DNA from: Eledone cirrhosa
Taxonomy: Eukaryota
Direction of reading: 5' to 3'
Assembly: GCA_964016885.1 (NCBI GenBank)
Contig: OZ024744.1
Span: 64,108,001 to 64,172,000 of the forward strand
DNA: 64,000 nucleotides
Under the pieces are notes generated by a model. The model was not told the DNA's origin and did no database searches. It saw nothing but the letters and a program-made list of their open reading frames with translations. Below, in pieces: positions 25,276-38,886 of this stretch (position 1 is its first letter; every line of letters starts with the position of its first letter). The translations under genes and the position numbers were made by a program.

Positions 25276-25419
25276 TGCAAAGAAAATCTATCTGCTTAAT
25301 ATCAAAAAGATCAAGAAACTAAATGTAAAGACAAGCACAAGAAATTGTAGTTAATAAAAACATCTTGAGCCTTTTCATACTAAACTGTCCTGGATTTATG
25401 ACTTTTAAAAAATCAACTT

Positions 25420-25625
25420 ACTCTGTAAAGTGGTAGTATTGATGTTGCAATAAAATGCACTCACTCTACTCTGTAAAGTGGTAGTGCCAGTGCCATGATA
25501 AAATGCTTCCACCCTATACTGTAAAGTGGTAGTGCTGATGCCACAATAAAATGCTTGCAGTTAACTCTCTAATATGGTAGTGCTGGTGCCATTACAAAAA
25601 AAAAACATCCAATTCACCACCCTGT
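25420..25625 (+). repeat. ~47-bp minisatellite within an RTE-type 3' UTR relic
   Basis: 4-5 units of CTGTAAAGTGGTAGTG...ATAAAATGC. Confidence 0.7.
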
Positions 25626-26234
25626 CAGGTAGTAGAGGTGGTATCACAAGAAAACAAACCTTGTACATGTTGTGAAATAGCTATTTTTAGGAAGGGCATC
25701 CAGGCATAGAAACCCTGCCAGAACGGAACATATAGATGAGACGCAGTGACCTAACTAATTTAACCTCAGAATATGACAACCCATCTAACCCATGCAAACA
25801 TGGAAAATGATGGTGATTTTCCATTTAAACAATTGAAATAATTCAAGTAAAAGTTGCTACTGCTCTCTAAAATCAATAGTTAAAAATGTTTAATCATTCA
25901 TTCATTAGTGGACAAGATAGAGTGCCTCTACATCACCATTCCTTCAACTAAAAATAGCAGCCAAATCTTCCTCAAATCACATCTAACTATCCTTAGAAAA
26001 AATATGGATGGATACATTGGATCATGTACTCCTAGATACACTATGTCTAAATAAATGATGTTACAGTTATGACAAGAACACATTTAATCATAGGCTGACC
26101 TGAGGCTAAACAATAACTGATCTAATGGTGGCTAGCTGTCCATCAATAAAATGGTGATGTTGTCCCTCTCTATCAAATATATCAACCATGCCTCTAGGCC
26201 AGCACTGGATTAAGTCCTTTTGGGGCCCTAGCAC

Positions 26235-26464
26235 TTAACCCTTTAGCATTTACATTATTCTATATTTACTATTTTATATTCATGGTAAAGGCTTTACCTC
26301 ATATAATTATCTCACATAATCTCAAGTCTATGAGATTTTGATGTTGTTATTGTTTATTTTAAGAATGATATCTTAACATTGGTGTGAGCTGCTGGTTATG
26401 GCCGGTTTCAAAAAGGGGAAAGAATTCTGGCTGGATGCAGCTGGTTTAAATGCTAAAGAGTTAA
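26235..26464. mobile_element. piggyBac-type MITE, family A
   Basis: TTAA CCCTTTAGCATTTA...TAAATGCTAAAGAG TTAA. Confidence 0.85.
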
Positions 26465-27445
26465 AGGATTGTAGTACCCCACTCCCATATATAAAATCTG
26501 GAAAAAAAAAATTGTTTTGGGATTGACAAATATATTTAATAAGAAAAAAAAAAAATGTTAAAAAATGTTGCTTCCCTTCCCTTGGTGTCTTATGCAAGTA
26601 AATATTTTGTTTAATGGTTTCCAGCCCTGCTCTGTGCATTCAGATGGGGTGACACAAAGTACTGGACCTAATAATAATTGTTTCTGATTTAGGCATAAGG
26701 ACAACAATATTTTGGGGAGAACTATTAAATCAACCCGAGAGCATTACTGGTACTTTATTTTATCAAACCTGTAAAGGTGAAAGACAAAGCTAACCTCTGT
26801 GGGATTTGAACTCAGAACACAAAGGGCTGTAACTCTATGGTACAAAGCATATTGTCCGACACTCTACTGATACTGCCAATATACCGCCCTTCAAATAACA
26901 ATGAGAATTAAAATGAAGTTTGACAGCTTATCATCATCATCATCCTCACAGTTTAATGTCACGTCAGGTGACCACGTCTTGCTCATACAGGTATGTATTT
27001 TGGCTTGGTTTCTATAGCTGGATACCACTTCCTAATGCTAACCACATTACAGTGTGGACTAGGTGGTTTACCATCGTGTCATCAGCAAGACCACCATACA
27101 GGGTGGACTGGGCACTTTTTGTCATGTCATCAGCTTGGCCACCTTACTGAGTAGACTGGGCACTTGTTTTGTGTGTCACCACAGTGATCACTATGGACTG
27201 GAAGCCTCTTGTGACACTAACACAATATTCCCATGGATTAAGATGATGAATAATTTAACCAACTTTAAGCAAAATTAATAGTCTAACTCACAACAAAGGA
27301 TCCACTAAGTCTTCCTTAAGGACATCATATCAATATGTCACCTAGATATAAGAATAAAGTGTTGTAACACCCATGTCACACTTTGATTCAATGACAGAGA
27401 CACTACATGACCAGTTGAAAGCAAGAAATAGCAACCAAGTCTACT

Positions 27446-27669
27446 TTAACTCTTTAGTATTTAAACCGGCCATATCAGTCCAGAATTCTCTCACAGAATT
27501 TAAACCGGTCATAAAAGGCTATTCATACTGATGTTAAGGTATTGTTCTCAAAATAAATAATATCAAAATCTCATAGATTCTATATTATGTGAGATAATTG
27601 TGTAAGATAAAGCCTTTACCATGAAGATACAATAGTAAATATAGAGTAATGTAAATGATAAAGGGTTAA
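27446..27669. mobile_element. piggyBac-type MITE, family A (opposite orientation to 26235)
   Basis: TTAA-flanked TIRs. Confidence 0.85.
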
Positions 27670-27934
27670 ATCACACCATGCCATTAAAAAATGGAGGGAA
27701 GAACAATTAATACACAGTTCCAGATACACTAACTCTGAAAAATAATGGGATGGTAATGGTTAGAATGCCTTTTATATGTTTATACTGATAACATTTAATA
27801 GCTTCCTCTGCTTATTAACTGTGGTTAATTAACATAATCTATGTTGAAGTATTTGTGAAATTAATTATTCAAATGTATATAAGCAACTATATTTGTAAGT
27901 TGCAAAATTTTATCGTGAAACACAATTTATATAT

Positions 27935-28452
27935 ATCATCATCCTCATCATCACCGTTTAATGTCCACTTTTCCACACTGGCATGGGTTAGATGAGTTAT
28001 CCTGTTGTGAGAAATGCCAAGCTTGGTTTCTACAGCTGGATGCCCTTCCTAACACCAACTTCATTTTCAATGAGTGCTGGGTGCTTTTTGTCATGCCATG
28101 TACACGAACACTTTATAGTGTGGGCTGGGTGCTTTTTCTTGGGACACATACACAAACACTTTACAGTGTACACTGGGCACTTTTTGTTGTTGCCATCACA
28201 ACCACTTTACAGTGTGGGCTGGGTGCTTTTTGTCATGTCGCCATCATGACCACTTTACAGTGTGGGTAGGAGGCTTCACTGGATGTATACTTCCGTTGTC
28301 TTCATGGGAGAGCATACTATTTATATGCTTCAGTGTCCACCTGTGCCCATGAGAAGTCTGGTCTTCTATAATAATGCTTAACACCAGAGATCTTGGCCCT
28401 GTGTCATTGCCTTTGAGAGATGCAACTGGGCAAGGTCAGCTTTTATCACCTA
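27935..28452 (-). mobile_element. RTE LINE 3' UTR fragment with about five ~44-bp repeats
   Basis: Matches the reverse complement of 10780-11180. Repeat unit CACTTTACAGTGTGGGCTGGGTGCTTTTTG. Confidence 0.8.
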
Positions 28453-29963
28453 TATAAAGATATAGAAGAACAGCACATTCCATCACATATCACAATGAAT
28501 GTTGGAGTTTTCTTCTAATAATTTTTTAGGCAAGCCAACATACTTCCATCATTGTCATGATAGCAAGGCCAAGGCACTGGAATAACTAAGCATCTTCACA
28601 GATATCACCTGATAAGTTGGTAAGGCAAAACACCAACAGTGACAAGAGCTTGTCATCAGCTATCTGCCTCCAAGGCTAGAAAAAAAAAGTTTGCTGATAA
28701 TTTCTGGTATTTTAGAATTTTATTTCATTCAGCAGACAGATGCAATGACCCTCACCTCATTTGTAAGTTGTACATAGATTATGATCAACTGATAAACACA
28801 TCTGTTAATTATTCCCCAAATTTATGAGATACAGTATGTAAATATATACACTCATACACACACATCTTGTGTGAGTGATAGATAATGTATTAATAAATGA
28901 TATGCGATCATATTGTATGTAGTGGGAATAATATCCTCTGATATAAAAACCTAGTCATCTGAAATGTAATGACTAAAAGGAATGGGGGAGTGTTGTTTTT
29001 TGTAGTTATTTTTTTTAAATAGTTTTCATTTTACTTTTATTTTTATTTATGTTTACTTTATTTTCATTATTTACCCCCCCCCCCCCCCACTGACGCCCCC
29101 AGACGCCCCTTCCGTGATCAGCAGTTTGTAAAAACTAGGATACCAAATATGGCCAAGGCAGAGAAAAGAAGAGATAAACACCTTATTGGCTGGTTGAGGA
29201 ATGCTGGTGATGAAAGTAAGTGGAGAAATGGGATGGTTAAAGAGAAACATCGGAGAAGGAGGGAGAGAGAGAGAGAAGGAGGGAGAGAGAGAGGAGTGTG
29301 TGTGTAAAGTAGGTGATGGCAGTAAACTGTTGATTACAAGTGGGTGGGATGCCTGTGTGGGTTGTAGGTTGGTAAAATGGCACTGAACCAGTAGCATCAT
29401 CATCATCAACCATACAAACTGTATAGAGCAGCTTAAAACTGGCTGCTCCTCTTCTCTGACAAAAACAATAAAATAACAGTTGGTTGTGTGTTTATTTGCT
29501 TTCAACTATGAATAAAATAATTTAAAACTGGTTGCACAATATACTTTTCTTAAATATCTGCAGAAAAGTTTTGATTCCAGATTTGGCTACTATAACCATA
29601 GATCACAGCCGTAATTTCCATTTACATAAATATTTCACATAATACACAAAGAGAGAGTAAAAAGGAATGAGAAAAAGGGGAAAGTGGAATATATGTGTAT
29701 ATTTCCAAGGTGTATAGAACATATCTTGTTCATTAATTCATTAGGAGAGTCAGCTACCTGTTTATGGACATAATAAACTGATTTTTCAAACTGATTAAGT
29801 TATATCAGATAGAAATACATATAATCAATTAATTATTGCTAGGAACCTTTGTTTGACATTTATTCAACAAAGACCAATTTTACTGATATTACTAGCAGAT
29901 ACTTGTGAATGGGGAAAGCCCAAAGAATTGTCTTGACATTATATCATTCTATAAATATATATA

Positions 29964-30012
29964 CAGGGGCCGGCCGGCGAAGAAACAACACCACGCGTTT
30001 GGCTGGCCCCTG
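29964..30012. mobile_element. 49-bp Tc1/mariner-type micro-MITE or GC-rich hairpin
   Basis: TA|CAGGGGCCGGCC...GGCTGGCCCCTG|TA. Confidence 0.5.
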
Positions 30013-30253
30013 TATCATGGAAATTATTGGATTTTTCCAAATTTAAAAGTTTCTTAGGAACTTTCAAATGCTTATTTTAGGTTTTGCTATCTGAAGAGCT
30101 AAAGACATCTTAACTGACAGTCCTCCGTGGAATATGTATAACAGAGTTTTAAATAAACCTGAATCAACTAAATATGACCTCCGATCTTTTATTAATATAA
30201 TATAATAATTAACATGAATATGACATCACAGTTAAAGGATTAACATTTATATA

Positions 30254-30380
30254 ATTGACGTGTTTCGCCAGTCTACAAGTGAACAAGATCTAGAATAGAA
30301 ATGCTGGTCAAATAGGATTTATCGGAAATTCAATTTCCAATATTTTGTAATATCACCATGGTAAATCAGCTCCTCAGAAT
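30254..30380 (-). ncRNA. Minimal Penelope-type hammerhead ribozyme with a long loop II
   Basis: ATT-CTGAGGA-GCTGATTTAC...(~85 nt)...GTAGACTGGC-GAAACACGTC-AAT. Canonical core, G10.1:C11.1 pair, GUC triplet. Confidence 0.65.
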
Positions 30381-30590
30381 CAAGCAATGTTTACATTTAT
30401 GTAGGGCGTCTATAATACATACATATGTATACATACAAAGATTGAAGGGTGTGTCTTTATACATAGCAGTACTACTCTCTCTCTCCCTTATATATATATG
30501 TATGTAAAAGGTAAACAGAAATAACAACACAATCGGTACAGTATATGGAAGGGATATATTAGGTTAACGCTTGATATAGTAGGAAGAGGG

Positions 30591-30626
30591 TCTTAACGTT
30601 TCAGACACTAGTCCTTTATCAGAAGA
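30591..30626 (-). ncRNA. Degenerate minimal hammerhead (G8>A)
   Basis: TCTT-CTGATAA-AGGAC tagt GTCT-GAAACGTT-AAGA. The adjacent 30627-30843 may be a Penelope 3' relic. Confidence 0.55.
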
Positions 30627-30871
30627 AAGAATGAGAAATAGACGGGTGAGAAGAAGAAGGTGGTGTAAGAAGATTGTTGTAGAGGAAAAGTGGTAGAGAA
30701 TCGTGGAATATTTAAATGCAAGAAGCAAAGAAAATTTCAATGATATGAAAGATTTCCTGGTGGAAGTTCAGGTGTACTCCGGGTTGGTATTCAGTTTCGA
30801 GGTGAAAATCCAAATAGAAAATCCAACGAATTTTGAGAGGTCCACATATATATATATATGTATATATACGC

Positions 30872-31712
30872 CTATTTTTCCACGCTAGCGTGGGTCAGAC
30901 AAGTTGTCCTGTTGTGAGCAATGCCAAGTCAGGTGATCATATCTTGCTCATAGAGAACTAATTTTGGCTTGGTTTCTACAGCAGGATGCCCTTCCTAGTG
31001 TCAACTTCATTTACAGTGAGTACTGGGTGTTTTTGTCATGACACCTACACAAACACTTTACAGTGTGGACTGGTGGCTTCACTAGATGTATGCTTCAGCT
31101 GTCCTCATGGGCGATGTATGGGAGAGTGAGGTGGGATGGGGTGGTGTATACTATATATATATGCTTCAGCTCCAACCTGTGCCCATCGGAAGGTGGATCT
31201 TCTGTATTACTGCATAACACCAGAGATTTCGGTCCTGTGTCATCATCTTTGAGAGGTATAATTGGGTAAGGTCAGCGTTTATCAGCACATCCCAAGTCTT
31301 TCTGGGTCTCCCCCACTCAAAGGCTTCCATCAACTTTGAGCACTCTGCACCTTTTTATACAGCTGTCATCCTTCATATGTATCATATGTCTATACCAACG
31401 TAATCTCCTCTCTTGCACACTATATCTGATTCTTGTTCTTCCCAATTCCTCTCTCAGTTCGTTTATTCTTTGCTTTTCACGTATATTACTATAACACATC
31501 CATTGGAGCATGCAAGCTTCATTTCCTTCCAATCTATGCAGTCTTCTGTACACAGCACCCAGGTCTCACTACCATGCAATATTACTGTTCGTAGGCACAC
31601 ATCATACAGTCTGCCTTTCATTTTGTGGGAAAGCCTTTTGTAGCTAGCAGTTGCAATAGCTCCATGAACTTCTTCCATCCTGTTCTCACTCTGGCTACTG
31701 TACTTTCAGAAC
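30872..31712 (-). mobile_element. RTE LINE 3' fragment
   Basis: KGRLYDVCLRTVILHGSETW and RRLRWYRHM motifs plus 3' UTR. Frameshifted. Confidence 0.88.
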
Positions 31713-31736
31713 ACACACATCTTATAAATATATGAG

Positions 31737-32092
31737 TGAAAGTGCATGGTTTAGTGGTTAGTGTGTTAGGTTTGCAATCGGGAGGTTCTGAATTTGATTC
31801 TTGGATCGGACCGGGCAGTACATTGTGTCCTTGAGCAAGACACTTTATTTCACATTGCTCCAGTTCACTCAGCTGTAGAAATGAGTTTGTGACATCACTG
31901 GTGCCAAGCTGTATCAGTCATTGCCTTTCCCTTGGACAACGTCAGTGGTGTGAAGAGGGGAGACTGATATGCATGAGCAACTGCTAGTCTTCCATAAACA
32001 ACCTAGTCCGGACTTGTGCCTCAGAGGGGAGCTTTCTAGGTGCTAATCCCATGGTCATTCGTGCATGACTGAAGGGGATCTTTACATTTTAA
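31737..32092 (+). mobile_element. tRNA-CORE SINE with a different tail
   Basis: A box TGGTTTAGTGG and CORE-like TGTGTCCTTGAGCAAGACACTT. The tail is shared with about 41690-41860. Confidence 0.8.
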
Positions 32093-32819
32093 TTCTTTCA
32101 GTGTCCCTGGTGCTCACAGTCCTTCCTAAAGGGGAAAGAGATTGATGTCGTTGATTTTTGTTTAAATTAGTGCAGATTCACTCCTTGGAGAAAGACATAA
32201 GCAGGAGGGGAGTTCTAGAAAGCCAAATGGAAGTGCTGACCATGGAGATTAGTATGGAGTAAGGAGTATTGGGTACAATACTGGTGGTGAGAGGATGGAA
32301 AGATGAGTTGGGAGTATCTGGAGTGTAGGTGGCGTAAGCCCAGCAATCTCCAAAGAGCAGAGACCATTTTGTAATGGTAGAAGAAGCAGAAGGAAAGAGA
32401 TAGTCCAGGAAACCAATGTGAGTTATGTAGCAACACTGCTCTAGTGATGTGCTCCATTGTGGATTTCACCATGGAGGCTGAAGTATTTTCTAAACCGGAT
32501 TTTATATATATATATATATATATTGTTGATAATTAGGGTGTTTATCTAATAAGAAGTTAGATTCAGTTTGTCATGTTTGCTCGCTTTAGATCAAGGTGAT
32601 ATTACTTTACCTGCAACATATCAACATAACCACTTTACATAATTGTGTTAGCATCTGATGATATCACACTGGTACCAATTAATGATGTAGCCATTACATA
32701 ATTACTACTCACTATGTCATTCAAATATGTACAATGCAATAAATACAATTATGTTAACATAACATGTCTTAATATTATTATATATATATATATATATATA
32801 TAATGATATATATATATGA

Positions 32820-32879
<60 letters not shown>

Positions 32880-33651
32880 GAAGTTTCCAGAATTACACTC
32901 ATACACACACACAGAGTATAGTTATCAAATGTACCAAGATAATATATACTCTGGATGTAAAGAATAGGAGAAGGGGATCATTTGAGTTCAGTAACATAAT
33001 GACATGCAGGAAGGAAGTAGTAAGATAGAGGAACCCAAAGCTTGTGCCATTCTGATAAAACAATGGTTGCACATCAAGTTAGTATTATGACAAGATGTAA
33101 AGAGGTTAGATAAGAGAATTTTTATTTGTGTTGTTATCAAAATGTTCTCTTTTATTATATCATGTATTGTGTAATGCTGCATGGGATTGAACGTGTGTAT
33201 AATGTACTGTATAATGGTGGATGGTAGCGGAATGTATGTTTACACTTCTGTTTCCAGGAGGTACTTGACCCAATTTTCTCAAGTATTATTTATAGTGATC
33301 AACTAATAATATGGTTATACGTGTTGGGATGCACACATTTCAAATTTCATATTTTCCCAATGCTTTTTAAATGAACCACTTTGTTTAAATTTCCAGCTAC
33401 AGGCTGAAAATCTTCTAGAGAAGATGGAATTGCTGGTGGCCAGTATCTCCTTAGCATAGTGGTTAACACACTTGCCCAGCTTCCAAGAAATGTTGGGTTT
33501 GTTTCCTTACAGGCACCTCTGTTCACTGTTTTCCATTTCCAAGGGTATATTACCAGATTTTCTCAACCACTATTTATTGTGATCAACTATTATTATGGTC
33601 ATTTGCATTGGAACACATACACACACACATTATATATATATATATATATAA

Positions 33652-33845
33652 TGCGGGTGGTGGATTGGCAGTATCGGTAGAGGGTCGGACGCCATACTTT
33701 CCAGCATAGTGACGTCCCTTTACGATCTGAGTTCAAATCCTGCCGAGGTTGACTTTGCCTTTCATCCTTAAGGGGTCGATAATATAAAGTACCAGGAATG
33801 CACTGGGTAATTGCTGGCCTTGTGCCTAAAGTAGAAACAATTATA
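33652..33845 (+). mobile_element. tRNA-derived SINE (Nin/Deu-like central domain)
   Basis: TGGCAGTATCGG A box, GAGTTCAAATCC B box, GCCTTTCATCCT..GGGGTCGATAA domain. Other copies at about 19790, 26670, 35452, 37605, 57209, 57960 and 62825. Confidence 0.85.
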
Positions 33846-34416
33846 TATATATATAAAGTTGGACACACTCCACATCTGATCTCCCACAATGCTTGTATGC
33901 ATGAATTGGAGCAAGAGAGGTGTATCTGGAGTGAGGGTTTTTATGTATTCAGTCTAGTTTAGAATAGGTACACTGTATACCTGCATGTCGTAAGAAACAA
34001 CTAAAAGCAATGGTGTCAGCAAAGGTATCCAGCTGTAAAACATTGCCTCAAAATGTCCCATCCAACACATGCTGGCATGGAAAAGTTGGCATAAGAATGA
34101 TGTTGATCACACACACACACACATATGGACATGATAAATTTGATGAAATTTTGGCATCTCAATTGCAACAGCAGCAATTAAGAATCCTACCAATTTGCAG
34201 ACAACATTCCTTAAATTTATCTAATCTATGCTGTTTCTAAAAATTTCTATATAAATTTGAATCCAAGTAAATTTCCTATTAGATTTGAATGCACATTCTA
34301 CACATGTTAGTCTGATTGTTGTTTGGAATGTACAAAATCCCAAATATATAAAATCAAAAGCCTCACTTAAAATGTTTGCAGTCTTGTTGTATAACCAGTG
34401 ATGATTTTTTTTTTTA

Positions 34417-34885
34417 TTAACTCTTTCATTACTGTATTTCTAATGAAATACTTTGTATTTTAATTAATTAATGAAGAAATTAGAAAGGAAAGGATTTACT
34501 AAAATGACATTTTCATTAACCCTTTAGCATTTATATTACTCTATATATACCATTGTATTTTCGCGGTAAAGGTTTTATCTTACATAATATTTCACATAAT
34601 ATCAAATCTATGAGATTTTGATATTATATATTTTGAGAACAATACCTTAACATCAGTATGAGTGTCCAGTTACAGCCAGTTTGAGCAGAAAGAGGTGAGA
34701 GAATTCTGGCCACATATGGCTGGTTTAAATGCTAAAAGGTTAAGATTGTATTCGAAATATACCAAAATATTCTTATATAAAATTATGTTGGAAAGTTTTG
34801 ATTTAAGTAGAAACCTATTAAAATTAGTAGTTTTGTTCCACAGAAACAGAGGATGTTTTAGGTGGATTGGTATCAAATGGGTTAA
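34417..34885. mobile_element. Nested piggyBac-type MITEs (family A at 34516-34743 inside family B)
   Basis: The inner element is flanked by TTAA on both sides. The outer ends are TTAACTCTTT...AATGGGTTAA. Confidence 0.75.
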
Positions 34886-37800
34886 ATAAAATATATGGAT
34901 TGCTACCAATTTCAATGACCAGTGTTCCTATTGTTCAATGAACAGAATAGCTTTCTTGTGAAATGAATGTATGCCCTTCCTAACATCAACCACTTCACAG
35001 AGTGTATGGTGTGTTTTCTTTGTTATTTTTTGTGGCACCAGCACTAGAGAGATTGCCATATCAGAGTCTTTTCAACCCATTTTAGCATGGTTTCTATTGT
35101 TGGAAACCATTTCAAACACAAACCACTTTACAGTGTGTACTGGGTATATTACATTGTGACACAAGGGAGGTTGTCAGTAATTTGACTTAATTGAAGAGTC
35201 TACTCTACCCTATGGGGAGGGGGATGCTTTGTCCTAATGGGATGGAGGATGGTAAGTATGACATACAGGGTGATGTGAGGAAGATGTGAGGAAGACGTCA
35301 GGGAGTGGGAACAATCTTGAATAGAGTGGAGGGGTACAATGATGATGAGAATAGTTATAAAAGAGTGATAATGGAGGGCCAGCTGGGAGTGTGTGTGGGG
35401 GGGGTGTATAGACAGGTCAGCGGTCACACACCTCTACATTAGTTGTGGCACAATAATTGTTTCTACTTTTGGCACAAGGCCAGCAATTATCCCAGTGCAT
35501 TACTGGTACTTTATTTTATCGACCTCATAAGGATTAAAGGCAAAGTTAACCTTGGCAGGATTTGAACTCAGATCATAAAGGACCTTAACTCTATGCTGCA
35601 AAGTCTGGTGTCTCTACCGATACTGCCAATCTAGGTTAAAGTGGAGCAGAGTGAGTGATGAGAATAGTTACTAAAGAATGATGACTCAGGGGTTTGAGTG
35701 TGGACTGGTCAGAAGTTACATCAACATAGATATATATATTTTACTAGAAAATTAACTCAATATCTTAACAAGTTCAAAGTAAATTAAATAATTTCCTCAC
35801 CTTAATGAGTAATTTTGCTTGCACCTATTTTGCCAAAAAAAAAAAACCCCAACAAACAATTTCCTCACCTTAATTAGCAATTTTGATTGCTCTTATTTTG
35901 CAAAAAAAAAAAAAAAAAAAAAAAAATACACAGATCAGTGAAGCATACATTGCTATAGAGAGATAACATTCTGTGACTGATATATGTGAAACATGAGAGA
36001 AGAGTGATTGCAGTTACAGCTGAATGAGCACAACAACCTCTTCATTGTACAAATATGACAGTAAAAACTATTTTCTGATATATCTTGCAAATACCTCATT
36101 ATGGAGTAACAATAGACTACCATAATGAGGACACCTAGTGGTTTTTGTAGCTTTATCCAGGTCAACTATGATCAAACAACCCTATTATCAGAAGTATTCC
36201 ATCTGCAGTGTCTAGGACTATCTAACATGCTATTTTCTCAGAGGTGTTTAACTTGCGAGAGATTTGGTTGCTATTTCTAATGGATTGGGCTCTATTGCTG
36301 GCTTGTGACCACATCTTGTCCTGTTCATCTTATCAATGTAGGAAGCCTCCAATATACGTACCATTATCTTAACATTTGTTATTCCATATAGACATTTACT
36401 GAATGCTACATGACCAAATAGTTGAGATACAGCTAGATCAATTGGAAACAGTTGCCTTTTGACAGGACCTGCTGGAAGACATGCTTGAGGACTCTGCAAC
36501 CATAGCCCTTCCAAGAATAAGTGGGTAAATCAACAAGAAGAAGGAATGTAATCAAATAATTAACATATTATTAAACGGAAGTTTAGTACATATCTTTATA
36601 AAATTATTTTCCCATGGCATTAATATTAATTTGAATATGAATACTTTATAACAGGAAGTTTGTCATTATAGAATTGAGACAGTTTGATAATGAGTGTAAA
36701 ATAAAAAGGTGTATTAAAAACCAACAATTGGTACTCACTAGTGGTTAAAAGTGAAGAATCTGATGTTTATGTTTTAGTCAACCTATTTTATTTTTCTTTC
36801 TTTAGGATTTAGTATTATTGATTCCAATGTGATTATTGGTAAACTATTCCAATAATTTAAAACCCTTTTGTTACCGTCTTTCTCATGAAATACACCAACT
36901 ATATTTTTCAATTATTTTTGTAAATAATCAACAAACAGTAATATATTAATTTAAATATAAATACTTCAAAACTAGAAGTTTGTCATATACCATATCAATT
37001 TTTAACGCATCTTCACAATTCCTGTTCATGAGAATAATTGGATGAAGATGTCTTTAACCCTTTAGTTACCAACCTGGCCAAAACCGGCTCTGGTTTTATG
37101 AAATAAAACCACCAATTTTAATTTAAATTAAAATCTTTCAACATATTTTTATATATGTTTGTCAATCGCTGTCTTTGACAGCATTTAGCTTGTTTTAACG
37201 ACTGTTCTAACAATGAGTTTTCTCATTTTTATATGTATTCAAATACAATCTCGCTTAGTCTCGATCAGAAACAACATTGTTTTACCTTATACAAACCTTA
37301 CATTAAGTTACTATCTTAGTAGTGAAATAATACTTTTAGTAAATCCTCTCAAAGTTGAACAGAAAGAGGTGAGAGATTTCTGGCTGGATTTGGTCAGTTT
37401 AAATGCTAAAGGGTTAAACTACATACTTTCTGGCTTCCTAACTTGTTACCTCATGAGCTGAACTGAGTCTTTTATCTTTACACAGAAAAGAATAAATGCC
37501 TGGAATACTTGACAACCAGATCAAATGGTTGATACCAATTATAGATTGTTTCCATTGCATATATTGTCAAACAATGACAAAGTATTCAGTGATACAACAT
37601 AGCAAATAATGGTTTCTAATTTATGCAAAAGGTTTGCAGTTTGAGGGGAGGGTAAAATTGATTAAATCAACCCCAGTACTTGATTGGTACTTCATTTTAT
37701 CAATCCCAGATGGGTGAAAGGTAAAGTTGATCTTGGTGGTGTTTGAACTTAGAACATAAAGAGCCAGAACAAATACTACAATGACATTTTATTTGACAGC

Positions 37801-38886
37801 CTACCAATTCTATCAATCAACCACCCTTTCAACAAAGCTAATAATAATGTTAAACTTTACTGCAACTAAATGAAAACACTGGAGGGCAATTAACAGGTGT
37901 TATTATCAGCATTGTGGTACACTTAATCCAAATACACAGTCTTCAGTGATGTGACAGTGCTAATACTAATAAATAACAGTGATGTTAGCTCTAACTATAG
38001 TTAATGATGTCCCTGGAGGGGAATTAACAGGTGTTATTTCTTCCATAGATAAATAAAACTCTAGAAAGTATAGCAGTAAGTGTTAATTCGGTTGGGTCAG
38101 TGATATTTGGTATATTTATGTCAATCTAATATACCGTCCATTTACATCTTCCTTACCCACCTCCTAAACTGCCTTCATTTAAACAGAACCAGAATAACAA
38201 CAACATTTGAAGACTCAGAAACAGTGAATCAGAACCAGAACATTATTGGCCAAAAGCCATTTCAATTGGCAACTAATATGTAAAAGAACAATATTCACTT
38301 TTATTTTATATGTCTGGACAGATGAATGATTAAAATGTTAGAGTAGTAACCTAGTAAGCTTTTCTTCAAGCCTTACCTTTAATTCTGTTTTACATTCTTA
38401 CAAAAAAAAATCAAATAACTATATTTACTACTATAATTGACAGAAGGAAATCCATAAACTAACTCTAGTAAATTAGCTCAAATCTTGTTCAGAACCAGTC
38501 GTGGGCATTTGTCTTTGTCTTTGTTACCTGCTGCTGATGCCCCACGAACAAGACCACAATTGCAGGGCTCCTTCCTCAGATAGGCCACTGACATTCCGAT
38601 ATTATGGAGGAGCTCAGAAGTATGGGGTCCAAGTATGCCTGAAGTCTTGATGGCGACCAGTACAAAGAGGAAGCAGCCAGATTTTACATTCTATTCTTTC
38701 TTCTCTATCTATTTTTTTTATTACTTCATACTGTTGACCAAATATATTTCACAGCAGCATTTTGAATTACTAATTATCAATGTGAAAAGAAAGTATGCCA
38801 GTATTCAGATTTACCAAAGAAAAAAACGTAATATAAACAAATAATAAATAATTCCGTTATTATAAAATTAAATGTTAAAAAAATTG

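Noticed and set aside
29071-29505. 144-aa minus-strand ORF
   Set aside because: Low-complexity purine/pyrimidine tract ending in a homopolymer run, with no domain or splice context.
30090-30125. CTGAAGA hammerhead-like core on the plus strand
   Set aside because: No stem II followed by GAAA. The same applies to CTGATGA at about 32655.
32950-33360. Possible degenerate GIY-YIG remnant on the minus strand
   Set aside because: The resemblance needs several frameshifts and is too weak to call without a search.
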